A model generated the notes under the pieces. That model was not told the origin of the DNA, ran no database searches, and saw nothing but the letters and a program-made list of their open reading frames with translations. From Lysobacterales bacterium (GTDB lineage Bacteria > Pseudomonadota > Gammaproteobacteria > Xanthomonadales > SZUA-5), in contig JALHMH010000007.1 in NCBI GenBank assembly GCA_022844165.1, forward strand, positions 1 to 64,000: 64,000 bases of DNA, given 5' to 3'. Within the stretch, counting starts at the first letter, position 1; each line of letters begins with the position of its first letter. This document shows, piece by piece, positions 10,074-20,854 of this stretch. The translations under genes and the position numbers were made by a program.

Positions 10074-11156
10074 TCAGGCGGCGCGCGCGGACGGCGCCAA
10101 GGTCAGGCGATTGCGGCCACGCTGTTTGGAGCGATAGAGCGCTTTGTCGGCGGCGTCGATCACGGCATCGCTGGTACGCCGTTCGCGATCGCGCTGTGCC
10201 AGGCCGATGCTCACAGTCACGCTCACTTCGCCCTCTCTGGCGCCGCGCCGCACCGCTTGTGATTTGCCGCTGCGCGCACCCAGTTTAACGCGACGACTTT
10301 CGATCGCACCGCGGACGGCTTCGAGCGAAGCATCGGCGCTATCGATTCGCCCGCCTTGAAAGACAATCGCGAACTCTTCGCCGCCATAGCGATACGCGCG
10401 CCCGCCGCGGCAGCGCTGCAGTTCGCGCGCAACGATGCGCAACACGCGATCGCCCGTCTCGTGACCGTAGCGGTCATTGAACTTCTTGAAGTGATCCACG
10501 TCGACCATCGCCACGGCAATACGTCCGGAACTGCGGCTCAGTGCCTCATCAAGCGCGCGGCGATTGGGCAAACCGGTCAGCGCATCAATGAAAGCCATGC
10601 GGTAGGCGCCCACCAGCACGGAAGCTGCGAGAAAGAGCGCGGCAACGGCGAGCAACGCGTCAAAAAGGTCGGCACGAAATACACCCAGGATCAGCGGTGC
10701 GAGCGACAGCGCCAGAAAAAGATCCAATGGCAAACCTCGAATGAGCCAGCGGACCAACGGAATGGCGCATGCCAGCGACACGACCACTGCGGCGGCCGAA
10801 ACGTCACCCACGCTGAATTCGAACATGGCGATCGCGGCAAGCAAGCTCTCATTGCGCGCGGCAAGCAGACCCGCAGCAAGTGCCAGGATTGCGCTGCGCC
10901 ATGAGATCAGCGACGGCTCAGGTAACGCAGCGATCAGCAACAGCAACATCGCCATCGCCAGCGGCGCCTCGCTACCTGCCAACAACGCAGCGCCCAATGT
11001 CAGCGCGCAAAGCGCATATCGATTGCGGCGGAATCCCAATGCAATGCAACCTGCAACCAGCACCGCCCAATGCGCCTCGTTACCGAGCCACTCGATCCAG
11101 GGAACGACGGTCGCCAATCCGGTCACAAAAATCCATCCGAGCTGAGCCGCGCGCAT
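10074..11156 (-). CDS. Membrane-bound diguanylate cyclase
   Basis: Multi-TM N-terminus; DALTGLPNRR, DVDHFKKFNDRYGH and RYGGEEF motifs. Confidence 0.9.
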   Translation of the reverse strand: MRAAQLGWIFVTGLATVVPWIEWLGNEAHWAVLVAGCIALGFRRNRYALCALTLGAALLAGSEAPLAMAMLLLLIAALPEPSLISWRSAILALAAGLLAARNESLLAAIAMFEFSVGDVSAAAVVVSLACAIPLVRWLIRGLPLDLFLALSLAPLILGVFRADLFDALLAVAALFLAASVLVGAYRMAFIDALTGLPNRRALDEALSRSSGRIAVAMVDVDHFKKFNDRYGHETGDRVLRIVARELQRCRGGRAYRYGGEEFAIVFQGGRIDSADASLEAVRGAIESRRVKLGARSGKSQAVRRGAREGEVSVTVSIGLAQRDRERRTSDAVIDAADKALYRSKQRGRNRLTLAPSARAA

Positions 11157-11341
11157 TGTAACGGCACATCCGGGTCGGAAGCTGGCGTTTTGGCGTGAAC
11201 TCAGTCACGGCGATGACTGCCAGGCAATCGTCGCGCTGAGCGGCTGAAAGAGCGTCGCAGGCGATCACCACACATTGCGGCTTCCGGCACACCCTGTGAG
11301 CGGGTATGTTGCGCGCTTTACCGCTGACCGGGTTTCACGCC

Positions 11342-13333
11342 ATGAACCGAACCGAATGTGCTAACGCGATACGAGCGCTCGCGATGGACGCTGTGCAACA
11401 GGCAAACTCTGGACATCCGGGCATGCCGATGGGCATGGCGGATATCGCCGAGGTGCTCTGGAACGATTTTCTGCGCCACAATCCGGCGAATCCCGGATGG
11501 CCGAATCGCGATCGTTTTGTGCTGTCGAACGGCCATGGGTCAATGCTGCACTACGCGCTGTTGCACCTGGCGGGTTACGATTTGTCGATCGAGGAGCTCA
11601 AGCGCTTTCGGCAACTGCATTCGAAAACGCCGGGCCATCCGGAAGTGCATGAGACCCCGGGCATCGAAACCACAACGGGCCCCTTGGGACAGGGTTTGGC
11701 CAACGCCGTGGGCATGGCGCTGGCGGAGAAGATTTTAGCCAAACGCTTCAATCGTCCTGGTTTCGACATCGTCGACCATTACACCTATGTGTTTTTGGGC
11801 GACGGCTGTCTGATGGAGGGCATCTCGCACGAGGTCGCCTCGCTTGCCGCCACGCTCAAGCTCGGCAAGCTGATCGCCATCTACGACGACAACGGCATCT
11901 CGATCGATGGCAAAGTGCAGGGCTGGTTCACCGATAACACACCGGACCGTTTTCGCGCCTACGGCTGGGAGGTGATTCCGGACATTGATGGGCATTCGCC
12001 GGAAGCGATCAAGGCGGCGTTGGTCACCGCAGCCGCCGACCCGGATCGACCCACTTTGATTTGCTGCAAAACGGTGATTGGCTTTGGCTCGCCGAACAAA
12101 CAAGGTTCGGAGAGCTCGCATGGCGCTCCGCTCGGAAAGGACGAGATCGCACTGACTCGCGAACGATTGGGCTGGCCGCACGCGGCATTCGACGTGCCGC
12201 AGGCTGTTTACGCTGCCTTCGATGCACGCGGCAAGGGCGCAAAGTGGCAAAGCGAGTGGGACGCGCTGTTTTCGAACTATCGCAATCAGTTCGCCGCGGA
12301 CGCAGCCGAATTCGAGCGACGCCAACGCGGCGAACTGCCAGCCGATTTTGCGGCCGTCGCCGGCGCTTTGATTGCCGAGTTGGTCGGCGAATCGGCGCCG
12401 ATGGCCAGTCGCAAAGCCAGCCAGCGCGCACTGGAGCGCCTTGTACCAGCAATCCCGGAACTGATTGGCGGCTCGGCCGATCTGGCGCACTCGAACTACT
12501 CGATCGTCAAAGCCAGCCGTGACGTGAATACCGCCAGCGATGGCGGCAACTACGTGTACTTCGGCGTGCGCGAGTTCGGTATGAGTGCCATCGCCAATGG
12601 ACTGGCGTTGCATGGCGGCGTGATTCCATTCACCGCCACGTTCCTGGTGTTTTCCGACTACGCGCGCAACGCGGTGCGCATGAGCGCGCTGATGAACACC
12701 CGGGTGGTGCACGTGTACACCCACGACTCCATCGGCCTGGGTGAAGATGGCCCGACGCACCAGCCTATCGAACACTTGGCGAGCCTGCGGCTGATTCCGA
12801 ACAATCGGGTCTGGCGTCCGTGCGACGCGGCCGAAACGGCGGTTGCCTGGAAACTGGCGCTCGAGCGGGCCGATGGACCGACGTGTCTGGCACTCTCGCG
12901 CCAAAACCTGGCGCCGCAACCGCGTAACGCCGAACAGTTGGCCGCCGTCGCCCGAGGTGGATACGTCCTGCTTGAGACCACGCCGGGCAAAGTGGATGCG
13001 ATCATAATTGCGACCGGGTCTGAAGTCGATTTGGCGGTCATAGCAGCGCGTCAGGCCTCGCAGGCGGGCGTTGCTGTGCGGGTTGTCTCGATGCCGTGCT
13101 GCGAAACATTCGACGCGCAAAGCGCCGAATATCGCGAAAGCGTGTTGCCCAACGCCGTCCGCAAGCGCGTCGCGGTGGAAGCTGCGCGTAGCGACTACTG
13201 GCGCAAATACGTGGGGCTCGATGGCGCGGTCGTCGGCATCGACAGCTTCGGCGCCTCAGCGCCGGACAAGGCGCTGTATGCGCATTTTGGGTTGACGGCC
13301 GAGCGTGTGGCGGCCGAGTTAATCGGGCACTGA
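11342..13333 (+). CDS. tkt: Transketolase
   Basis: [24 protein letters not shown] and [16 protein letters not shown] motifs. Confidence 0.97.
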   Translation: MNRTECANAIRALAMDAVQQANSGHPGMPMGMADIAEVLWNDFLRHNPANPGWPNRDRFVLSNGHGSMLHYALLHLAGYDLSIEELKRFRQLHSKTPGHPEVHETPGIETTTGPLGQGLANAVGMALAEKILAKRFNRPGFDIVDHYTYVFLGDGCLMEGISHEVASLAATLKLGKLIAIYDDNGISIDGKVQGWFTDNTPDRFRAYGWEVIPDIDGHSPEAIKAALVTAAADPDRPTLICCKTVIGFGSPNKQGSESSHGAPLGKDEIALTRERLGWPHAAFDVPQAVYAAFDARGKGAKWQSEWDALFSNYRNQFAADAAEFERRQRGELPADFAAVAGALIAELVGESAPMASRKASQRALERLVPAIPELIGGSADLAHSNYSIVKASRDVNTASDGGNYVYFGVREFGMSAIANGLALHGGVIPFTATFLVFSDYARNAVRMSALMNTRVVHVYTHDSIGLGEDGPTHQPIEHLASLRLIPNNRVWRPCDAAETAVAWKLALERADGPTCLALSRQNLAPQPRNAEQLAAVARGGYVLLETTPGKVDAIIIATGSEVDLAVIAARQASQAGVAVRVVSMPCCETFDAQSAEYRESVLPNAVRKRVAVEAARSDYWRKYVGLDGAVVGIDSFGASAPDKALYAHFGLTAERVAAELIGH

Positions 13334-13339
13334 CGAGAT

Positions 13340-13366
13340 GGCCGGGCGCCATCGCGGCGCCCGGCC
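13340..13366 (+). terminator. GC-rich hairpin after tkt
   Basis: GGCCGGGCGCC-ATCGC-GGCGCCCGGCC, an 11-bp perfect stem without a U-tract. Confidence 0.5.
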
Positions 13367-13457
13367 CCATGGCGGCAATCGTAACCTTGTTGCGAAAAAG
13401 CGAACGGGTTAGCGCAACCGAGCGACCCAGGCGCACGCTTCGCGCTATGGTTTGGAC

Positions 13458-15236
13458 ATGCCGCTACGCCTCTTTCTGCTACTTTCGATTGCCGCCGTCA
13501 GCAGCGGTTGTGCGCTATTCGGCGCTGCGAAGGACGAGGAACAGGCGGTCGTCGAGGGCAAAGACCCGAATACGCGGCGCGTGCGCATCTTTATCACCGG
13601 CATCGATGGCGAACTGAAGACCAACGCCAGTTCTGCGTTGGAACTCAAAGGACTGATGCGCAAAGACGACGCCAGCGAGGGACTCATCCGTCGCGTGTAC
13701 GGGCGTGGCATGGCGCAAATGAGCAAGGCGTTGCAACCTTTTGGCTATTACCACGCCAATGTGACCGGTACGCTTACCCAGCAGGGTGCGTCGTTCTTCG
13801 CGCGTTATCAGATTGAACTGGGACCGCCGACGCTGGTGACCGAGGCGAACGTCCTGGTCGAAGGGCCGGGCGCTGAGGAAAAGAAGGTCAAGCGTGCGCG
13901 CCAGCTGTTCCAGCCCGGCGAACAACAAGTGCTCGACCATCGGCTCTACGAAGCGAGCAAGCTGCGCATCGCCGATGCGCTCGCCGAACGCGGCTATTTC
14001 GATGCCGAGATCGTCGAAAAGCGCATCGCCGTGCGACTCGCCGATCACAGCGCGAAGATCGCCTTGAAGTTCGCATCGGGCGATCGTTTCCAGTTTGGCC
14101 CAACACAGTTCGAAGGCGAACATATCGACGCCGATGTGCTGGCGGGTTATTTGCCCTATGAACAAGGCCAGGGTTACCGCCAGGATCGGCTGATGACGTT
14201 GCAGCAACGTTTGTTGCAGGCCGACTATTTCTCCGAGGTGGAGATCGAGACTGATCGCGAAAAGGCCCAAGGCTTACTGGTGCCCGTGACGATTCGCTTA
14301 AGCCCGTCCAAGCGCACCGTCTACACCGGCGGTGTCAGTTTCGGCACGGACAGCGGCATCGGTGTGCAGGGCGGTTTGAACCGCCGGTGGGTCAATCAAC
14401 GCGGGCACAAACTCAGCGCGCGTGCCGAGGTCAGCCAGCGACTCAATACACTCAACGCGGCGTACACGATTCCACTGCCCGGCAAGAATCGCCAAAGTTA
14501 CAACCTCGCGCTCAGCTACCGCGACGAAGAGACTGACACCTCTTTGCAGGAGGTCGTCCAGATGTATGCGTCGCGCCAGCGCGAATCGGACATCGGTACG
14601 CTGAGTTATGGCCTTGGCTTGATCAGCGGCGATTTTGAAGTGGGCGATGAGCCGGGCAGCAGCACCCTGGTCTTTCCCGAGGCGCGTTATCTGCATCGCG
14701 TTGTCGACGACCCGATCAATCCGCTGGAGGGTTATTCGATCAGCGCCGAAGTCCGCGCCGGGCCATCGCTGGGCGATGCGGCCTTTGCGCAAGTGCGCAG
14801 CGAGTTCCGCTATCTGATGCCGTTGCGCGAACGCGATCGACTGTTCTTGCGAGGCCAGATTGGCGCCTTATGGACCGATGACTTTTCGCAGCTGCCGCCC
14901 CAGTTGCGGTTCTTCGCGGGCGGCGATCGCAGCTTGCGTGGCTTTGGCTACCAAACGCTCGGCCCGAACAACCCCGCGGGCAACGTCCGCGGCGGCCGCT
15001 ACCTGGCCATTGCTTCGGGCGAATACGAACGCCACCTGTTCGATGAGTTCGGCATTGCGGGGTTTGTCGATGCCGGAAACGCATTCGACGGCAGCGAAGC
15101 CGAACTTGCTGCGGGCGTGGGCCTGGGTTTGCGCTGGCGCTCACCCATCGGTCTGGTGCGCCTGGATCTGGCGCACCCGGTCGCAGGCGATGGCGATGGC
15201 CTGCGCCTGCATCTGCTGATTGGACCAGAATTGTGA
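13458..15236 (+). CDS. tamA: Translocation and assembly module TamA (Omp85 family)
   Basis: POTRA-like segments, RFFAGGDRSLRGFGY, GLRWRSPIG and terminal IGPEL; directly upstream of tamB. Confidence 0.92.
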   Translation: MPLRLFLLLSIAAVSSGCALFGAAKDEEQAVVEGKDPNTRRVRIFITGIDGELKTNASSALELKGLMRKDDASEGLIRRVYGRGMAQMSKALQPFGYYHANVTGTLTQQGASFFARYQIELGPPTLVTEANVLVEGPGAEEKKVKRARQLFQPGEQQVLDHRLYEASKLRIADALAERGYFDAEIVEKRIAVRLADHSAKIALKFASGDRFQFGPTQFEGEHIDADVLAGYLPYEQGQGYRQDRLMTLQQRLLQADYFSEVEIETDREKAQGLLVPVTIRLSPSKRTVYTGGVSFGTDSGIGVQGGLNRRWVNQRGHKLSARAEVSQRLNTLNAAYTIPLPGKNRQSYNLALSYRDEETDTSLQEVVQMYASRQRESDIGTLSYGLGLISGDFEVGDEPGSSTLVFPEARYLHRVVDDPINPLEGYSISAEVRAGPSLGDAAFAQVRSEFRYLMPLRERDRLFLRGQIGALWTDDFSQLPPQLRFFAGGDRSLRGFGYQTLGPNNPAGNVRGGRYLAIASGEYERHLFDEFGIAGFVDAGNAFDGSEAELAAGVGLGLRWRSPIGLVRLDLAHPVAGDGDGLRLHLLIGPEL

Positions 15237-18200
15237 AGTGGCTGCTACGCATCTTGTTGTTGCTGGCGACGCTGGCCGTGGTCTTTGCAGCTGCGCTGTT
15301 CTGGATTCTGCGCACTGAAAGCGGATTACGATTTGCGCTGACGTTGACCGGTGCACAGACGTTCTCGTATCAATCGATCAGTGGGTCTCTGGCAGCTGGC
15401 GCAACCGTGCATGGACTTGACGCTTCCTGGCCGGACGTGACCATACACGCCGAGCGTATCGCCTTGCGACTTGCACCAGGCCGACTGCGCTATCGGGAGG
15501 TGATGGTCGAGACTTTGTCCACACGCGGGCTGACCATCGCCCCGCAAGCGAGCGACGCTCCGCCGTCGCGCACGCGTCCCGGCAAACTCGATTTGCCCTT
15601 TGCCATCGTGCTGCGCAATCTCGATCTGACAGAGACCGGCATCGACACTGGTGGCGAAGCGCCACTGGTATTTTCTCTCGCGGCGCGCGAGCTGAGTTTG
15701 CGCGATGGGCAACTGGCGATCGAGGGCATCGTACTGCGCGCCGGCGAGCTGCTCTTGAAACTGCGCGGCGCAAGCGACAGCGGCAAATCCTGGGCCAGTT
15801 CGCTCGATAGCGAAAGCGAATTGCCATTCAACGATCGCGCGCAGCGCGCGCAAGTCGGCGTGCAGGGCGACCTGGACGCACTGGACGTCACTGCGTCGAT
15901 CAACGACGGCGATGTTACGCTCAAAGCCAACGTCGCAGACGTGCTCGGCAGCGGCGCGACGGACGGACGCCTGCAAGCGCTCGGTATCGACCCGCGTGAG
16001 TTCGGACTTGACGCCGGCGTCGAGTCGCTCGATCTGGACCTGCAATTCGGCTGGCGCGATGGCCGCGCAAGCGTGTCTGGCAGCGCTGAGGTCAACCGGC
16101 AGAAACTGGAGGTAGCGCTGATCGATATCGGTGTACGCGATGGTCAGGTTCAATTCGGCGAAGTGCGCATGGGTTCTGACGCGCTCGGTCAAGTGATCTT
16201 GCGCGGAGCATGGCCACTCGACGCCAGCGCACCCAGCGGCGCGCTCGCGCTGGATCTGGAGAACGCCGCACTCGCCGACTGGCGCGCGCCAGTGGCGGAC
16301 GCACCGCGACTGACCAGCGCAGGCACGCTGAGCGGGCGCCTCGACGACTGGCAGCTGGCACTTGACGGGCGCTTGCTGCATGCGGCACAGACGTTAGCGC
16401 TGACAGCACAGATCAAGGGCGACGATACACGCATCGAACTGACGAAATTGCTGCTCCAGCAGAGCGCAATCGCCGCCATCGAAACACCCGCAGGACAACA
16501 GGATCGACAAGAAAACACGACTGCAACGACCGAAATCGAACAGGCCAACATCGAACAATCGACGGCACGCATCCAGCCTACGCTGGAATTTTCGGGCACG
16601 CTCGACCGCACGACACTGGCACTGCAGGCATCGGCGGCCGCCGTAAGTTGGCAACTCGATGCCTACCTGTCCGATTGGCCAGGGCAAATCAGCGGCACGA
16701 TCAACGGCAGCGTCGAACTCACCGATCCGCTGCGCTGGCGAGTCGATACCGATCGTTTGGAGGGCACGCTGCGTGGCGCAGCTGTCTCACTCAACGGGCA
16801 GTTAAGCGGCGTTGATGCACAACCTCAGTCGGGTTCGATCGCGGTGCTTTGGGGCGACGGGCGAACGCAGATGAATGCGCTGGGCGCTGGGCGCCTGCAA
16901 GCGACGATGCAAGACCTGGATTTGATGCTCGCGACACAATCGGTCCGCGGCTCGTTGAGCGGCAATGCGCAGATCGACCTGGCGGCAACAGACCCCGTCG
17001 ACGCGCTCACAGCAGATGTTCGTGCGAGCGAATTGGCGCAGGCAGAAAATTCGATTGGCCAGATCGCTCTGGTCAAAGCACCTGGCTGGAATGCAGACAT
17101 ACAGGCGCGCGACTTACGCCTTTTCGGTCTCTCGTTGCAATCGCTGGACGCACAGCTGACGGGCGCCGCGAGTGCTCATCAATTCAGCGCGCAGCTCGGC
17201 GCCAAAGACCTTGAACTGGATATTGGCGCTGCCGGGGGAGTGGATGGAAATGCCTGGCGCGGTGTGATCGATGCGCTGACGCTTAAAGTAGCGCGACTGC
17301 CTGCGTATTCGTTGCAGGCGCCGGCAGCCGTGGCAGTCCAAGCCGATCGGTTAGTCATCGCGCCGGTGTGCCTGGGCGCTGGAGCGGCGCGTGCTTGCGT
17401 TGGTGTCGAACGCGGCACCGACATGTCGCTCGACCTGGACTTAAGCGCGATGCCGTTGAGTTTGGCGCAATCGTTGCTGCCCGGCGATACCTTCGAAGTC
17501 GACGGACAATTGAGCGGCGGGGGTCGGCTGGGTATCGCAGCCGACCAATCGCTGAACGGGCAATTGGAGTTCGTCGTTGAAAACGGGACACTAAAAGGCG
17601 CGAGCGAATTCGAGGCACCCATTGCTTTCCAGGCGCGAGCCGCGCTCGATGCAGCAGCTCAGCGCGTCGATGCGCGCCTGAGCCTGGCCGATGACGGCTT
17701 CATCGAGGCCTTGGTCACGGACGTGATGCGCGAGACGGCGATGTTGACCGTCACACTCAAGATCAACGATCTGGCACTCGCCGAGACCGTCACGCCAGAA
17801 GTACAGAGTATTCGCGGCGCATTGTCAGGTTCGCTCAGCGTGCCGCTGGGCACACCACAGGCGCTCGCCGGACAATTGCGCGCCGACCGAATGGCGTTTG
17901 AATTGCCCAGCGTGGGTTTGAAAGTCAGCCAAGGCCGCATTGATGGCACGATTGGCGCCAACGCGTTGGCGCTTCAGGGCGATCTGGCAATCGCGCCCGG
18001 CACAGTAAAACTGAGCGGCCGCATCGCGCTCGACGGCAGCGCATCCGAGATCCAACTGATCGCGGACAACGCGGGCCTCGTCGATTTGCCCGCAGTGCGT
18101 CTGGCGGGCGATACCAACCTGATGATCAAACTCGATTCATCCGGGGCGGCGATTGAGGGCGGCGTCTTACTGCGCGCCGGTCGCATCCATCTGGACCGTT

Positions 18201-18967
18201 TTGCGCCCGCCGTGGCGCCGAGCGAAGACGTGGTGATTGTCGATGCACCACCGCCACCTGCGCCATTGCCAATTCGGGCCGAGGTCAGCGTCGCTTTTAT
18301 CCAGGAAGTCGATTTGCGCGGCTACGGGCTCATCGCGACCCTGGGCGGTGGATTGCGTATCTCACAGACGCCCGGCAAAAAGCCGCGCGGCACCGGCGAA
18401 ATGTTGGTCAAGGGCACCTACCAGGCTTATGGCCAACGACTCGCTATCGAGCGCGGTCGACTGCGCTTCTCCGGTGGCGCCGCCGACAATCCAGCACTCG
18501 ACATCCTGGCGGCAAAGTCGGTGCAACGTCAGCGCGTCGGCGTGGAAGTGCGCGGGCGCGCGCAGCGGCCTTTGATCCAGCTGTACTCTGATCCGCAGCT
18601 CGATCAGTCCGAAGCATTGTCGTATCTGGTGCTTGGTCGCCCGATCACGACCGCCAGCAGCGACGATTCGGCGCGTTTAGGAGAATACGCTGACGCACTC
18701 GAATCGGCCGGTGGCAGCCTGATCGCCGGCAGCATTGGACAACGCCTGGGGCTGGCAGCGGGCATCGAGAGCCTGGGATCGTCGATCGGGTCCGCACTGG
18801 TCGTGGGCAAGTATGTTTCGCCGCGATTCTTCATCGGCTACGGATCCAGCCTGCTCGATGCAATTCAGCTGGTCATTCTTCGCTACCGCGTGACCGAGAG
18901 CATCGAAGTCGAAGGCATCAGCGGCAATGAGCAGAAGGCGAGCGTGAGCTGGAGGACGGAGAGGTAA
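15233..18967 (+). CDS. tamB: Translocation and assembly module TamB
   Basis: N-terminal TM anchor, long beta-rich body and DUF490-like C-terminus (GTYQAYGQRL, NPALDI, LSYLVLG, VGKYVSPR); GTGA overlap with tamA. Confidence 0.9.
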   Translation: MKWLLRILLLLATLAVVFAAALFWILRTESGLRFALTLTGAQTFSYQSISGSLAAGATVHGLDASWPDVTIHAERIALRLAPGRLRYREVMVETLSTRGLTIAPQASDAPPSRTRPGKLDLPFAIVLRNLDLTETGIDTGGEAPLVFSLAARELSLRDGQLAIEGIVLRAGELLLKLRGASDSGKSWASSLDSESELPFNDRAQRAQVGVQGDLDALDVTASINDGDVTLKANVADVLGSGATDGRLQALGIDPREFGLDAGVESLDLDLQFGWRDGRASVSGSAEVNRQKLEVALIDIGVRDGQVQFGEVRMGSDALGQVILRGAWPLDASAPSGALALDLENAALADWRAPVADAPRLTSAGTLSGRLDDWQLALDGRLLHAAQTLALTAQIKGDDTRIELTKLLLQQSAIAAIETPAGQQDRQENTTATTEIEQANIEQSTARIQPTLEFSGTLDRTTLALQASAAAVSWQLDAYLSDWPGQISGTINGSVELTDPLRWRVDTDRLEGTLRGAAVSLNGQLSGVDAQPQSGSIAVLWGDGRTQMNALGAGRLQATMQDLDLMLATQSVRGSLSGNAQIDLAATDPVDALTADVRASELAQAENSIGQIALVKAPGWNADIQARDLRLFGLSLQSLDAQLTGAASAHQFSAQLGAKDLELDIGAAGGVDGNAWRGVIDALTLKVARLPAYSLQAPAAVAVQADRLVIAPVCLGAGAARACVGVERGTDMSLDLDLSAMPLSLAQSLLPGDTFEVDGQLSGGGRLGIAADQSLNGQLEFVVENGTLKGASEFEAPIAFQARAALDAAAQRVDARLSLADDGFIEALVTDVMRETAMLTVTLKINDLALAETVTPEVQSIRGALSGSLSVPLGTPQALAGQLRADRMAFELPSVGLKVSQGRIDGTIGANALALQGDLAIAPGTVKLSGRIALDGSASEIQLIADNAGLVDLPAVRLAGDTNLMIKLDSSGAAIEGGVLLRAGRIHLDRFAPAVAPSEDVVIVDAPPPPAPLPIRAEVSVAFIQEVDLRGYGLIATLGGGLRISQTPGKKPRGTGEMLVKGTYQAYGQRLAIERGRLRFSGGAADNPALDILAAKSVQRQRVGVEVRGRAQRPLIQLYSDPQLDQSEALSYLVLGRPITTASSDDSARLGEYADALESAGGSLIAGSIGQRLGLAAGIESLGSSIGSALVVGKYVSPRFFIGYGSSLLDAIQLVILRYRVTESIEVEGISGNEQKASVSWRTER

Positions 18968-19071
18968 GCGCGTTCGCCGGGCCCGCTGGCACCGGGCTTC
19001 CACTGGCAGCGAGATCACACCGTGCGCCCACCACCGTCGCATGAACGAACGGGCAGCTCACTGTCGATATC

Positions 19072-19755
19072 TCACAGAGTATCGACAAAGTCGGCAAGCG
19101 AAATCAGGCACGAAAAACTCTGTGGCGCTTGCCTTGGATACGTCCAACGTTGTGCATCCCGATTCAACCAGACCGCATGTAAGCCGGCATCCAATGCGCC
19201 GATGACATCTTGCTCGGCATGGTCGCCGACGTGCAATGTGTGCTCGGGCCTGCTGCCGGCCGCGAGGCAGGCCGCCAAGAAGATGCTCGGACTGGGTTTC
19301 GCGGCACCGTGCTGTCGCGCTGAAACCGATGCCACGAAGTGGTGACTAAGCCCAATCCGATCCAGACAGGCATTGCCGTTGGACAAAGCCACCAGCGGAA
19401 CCCGCGCGCTCAGCCGAGTCAGCGCGTTCAATGCATCCGGATAGAGCTCAACGCAGTTTCGCGCAGCGTAGAACGCTTCGAACGCATCTTGCACAGCGGC
19501 TTCGCCATAGCCGAATGGCAACAGCGCTGCACGCAGCGCTTTCAGGCGCAACGCCGTAAAGTCGTGGCTGAGTTCCGGATGCAAGGCGAACGTACGGTCG
19601 CGAAGCGCACGCATGGCATCGATCGGAAACGCCAGCGCAACATCGGGCGCATGTTCGGCAAACCACGCCTGAAGCGCGCAATCTGCTCGTTCCATCACCG
19701 GGGCGATTGGCCACAGCGTGTCATCGAGATCCAGTGTGATCGCCTCGATGCGCAT
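19072..19755 (-). CDS. HAD-family hydrolase (YigB-like)
   Basis: DLDDTLW, SNGN, KP and HVGD motifs. Confidence 0.88.
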   Translation of the reverse strand: MRIEAITLDLDDTLWPIAPVMERADCALQAWFAEHAPDVALAFPIDAMRALRDRTFALHPELSHDFTALRLKALRAALLPFGYGEAAVQDAFEAFYAARNCVELYPDALNALTRLSARVPLVALSNGNACLDRIGLSHHFVASVSARQHGAAKPSPSIFLAACLAAGSRPEHTLHVGDHAEQDVIGALDAGLHAVWLNRDAQRWTYPRQAPQSFSCLISLADFVDTL

Positions 19756-20519
19756 CAGAATGTGTATGCGATACCCACGGCGGCCAAGGGATCGAGGTCC
19801 TCGCCCACCACAACGAGTGGCGAATCCTCGGTTTCACCGATATAGCGATTCACGCCCAGAATCCCAACCAGCGACCAGCGCGGCATCAGATCGTAGATTA
19901 ACGCCAGGCGCAAGCCAACATCGCGAAAGCCGCTATCGGGACTGAAGTTTGTCAGCGGTGCGTTGTTAAAGCGCACAGTTTGGGTGCCGAAGAACTCGCG
20001 CTGATAGCGTTGGTTCGCCCAAGTCGCTTGTGCGCCAACGCGCCATCGCAATCGTGCGTCATTGTCGCTCTCGTAGGCCAGTTCCGGTGTAAACACCAGA
20101 CCCTTATGACCATTGACGCCACGCAGCACATCGAAGCCGATTTCGATGCCGCCGTCGAAGCGCTTCAGCGCATAAGCACCCAGTTCAAACGTCGTGTCGA
20201 TTTCGGGCAGGCCACTAAAGCCTGCATCGCGCGCATCGCCATCGTCGCGACCGGCACTGAGATTGAACGCGATACCGGTTTCCCAATCGCCCCCAGACCA
20301 GATATCGAATCGCGCGGCATCGGAGGTTTCCGGACGGACGTTTTCATCCTCGCCGTGGACTTCAATGAACGGCGATAGCCCAACGCTCCGTTCACCGGAC
20401 GACAAGAAGTCAGCTTTGTATTCAAGCATCGGGCCGATCGTGAACTGCACGGCATTGGCATGCCCGGCAGCGAGCATCAAAGCAAGCGAGAGCATGGTTC
20501 GCATCGGTCGGACCTCCAT
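19755..20519 (-). CDS. MipA/OmpV-family outer-membrane protein
   Basis: Signal peptide, GLPEIDTTFELG, ATWANQRYQREFFG, DSPLV and terminal YTF. Confidence 0.8.
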   Translation of the reverse strand: MEVRPMRTMLSLALMLAAGHANAVQFTIGPMLEYKADFLSSGERSVGLSPFIEVHGEDENVRPETSDAARFDIWSGGDWETGIAFNLSAGRDDGDARDAGFSGLPEIDTTFELGAYALKRFDGGIEIGFDVLRGVNGHKGLVFTPELAYESDNDARLRWRVGAQATWANQRYQREFFGTQTVRFNNAPLTNFSPDSGFRDVGLRLALIYDLMPRWSLVGILGVNRYIGETEDSPLVVVGEDLDPLAAVGIAYTF

Positions 20520-20854
20520 TGGAATAGGAGTGGATCATACGGGCCTGTTGCGCATGCTAAGCGTCGTCATCTCGTTATGCACAGGTCGTCGCCCAGGGTC
20601 GTCCCCATCGGCGTGTAAGCGCCGGTCCTCACCACCTGACTCAAGGGCTTCAACCGCTAAAGCTGCTTCGAAAAAACAGACTCATTTGCCAGATCCCGCT
20701 CTGTCAGGGACTCGAGCGAGGGCAGCGAACAGGTTGTCAGCTCGATCAACTTGAAGATCCCTTCGCCGTTGCAACGAAATCAGGCCATTTCTTCGCGACC
20801 CCATGAATTGTCCGGGCTAGAATCCGCGCCCTCACGTTATCGAAGGGCGCGCCG

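Noticed and set aside
11735-13120. Long antisense or alternate-frame ORFs (also 855-2018, 4089-5165, 6114-7463, 22983-23939, 27864-29015, 34576-35958, 52166-53179)
   Set aside because: They are shadows of strongly GC-biased real genes and carry no family motifs
20520-20854. Possible small ORF or ncRNA between mipA and yebC
   Set aside because: No ORF with a convincing start or motif and no recognisable RNA family; consistent with a divergent promoter region
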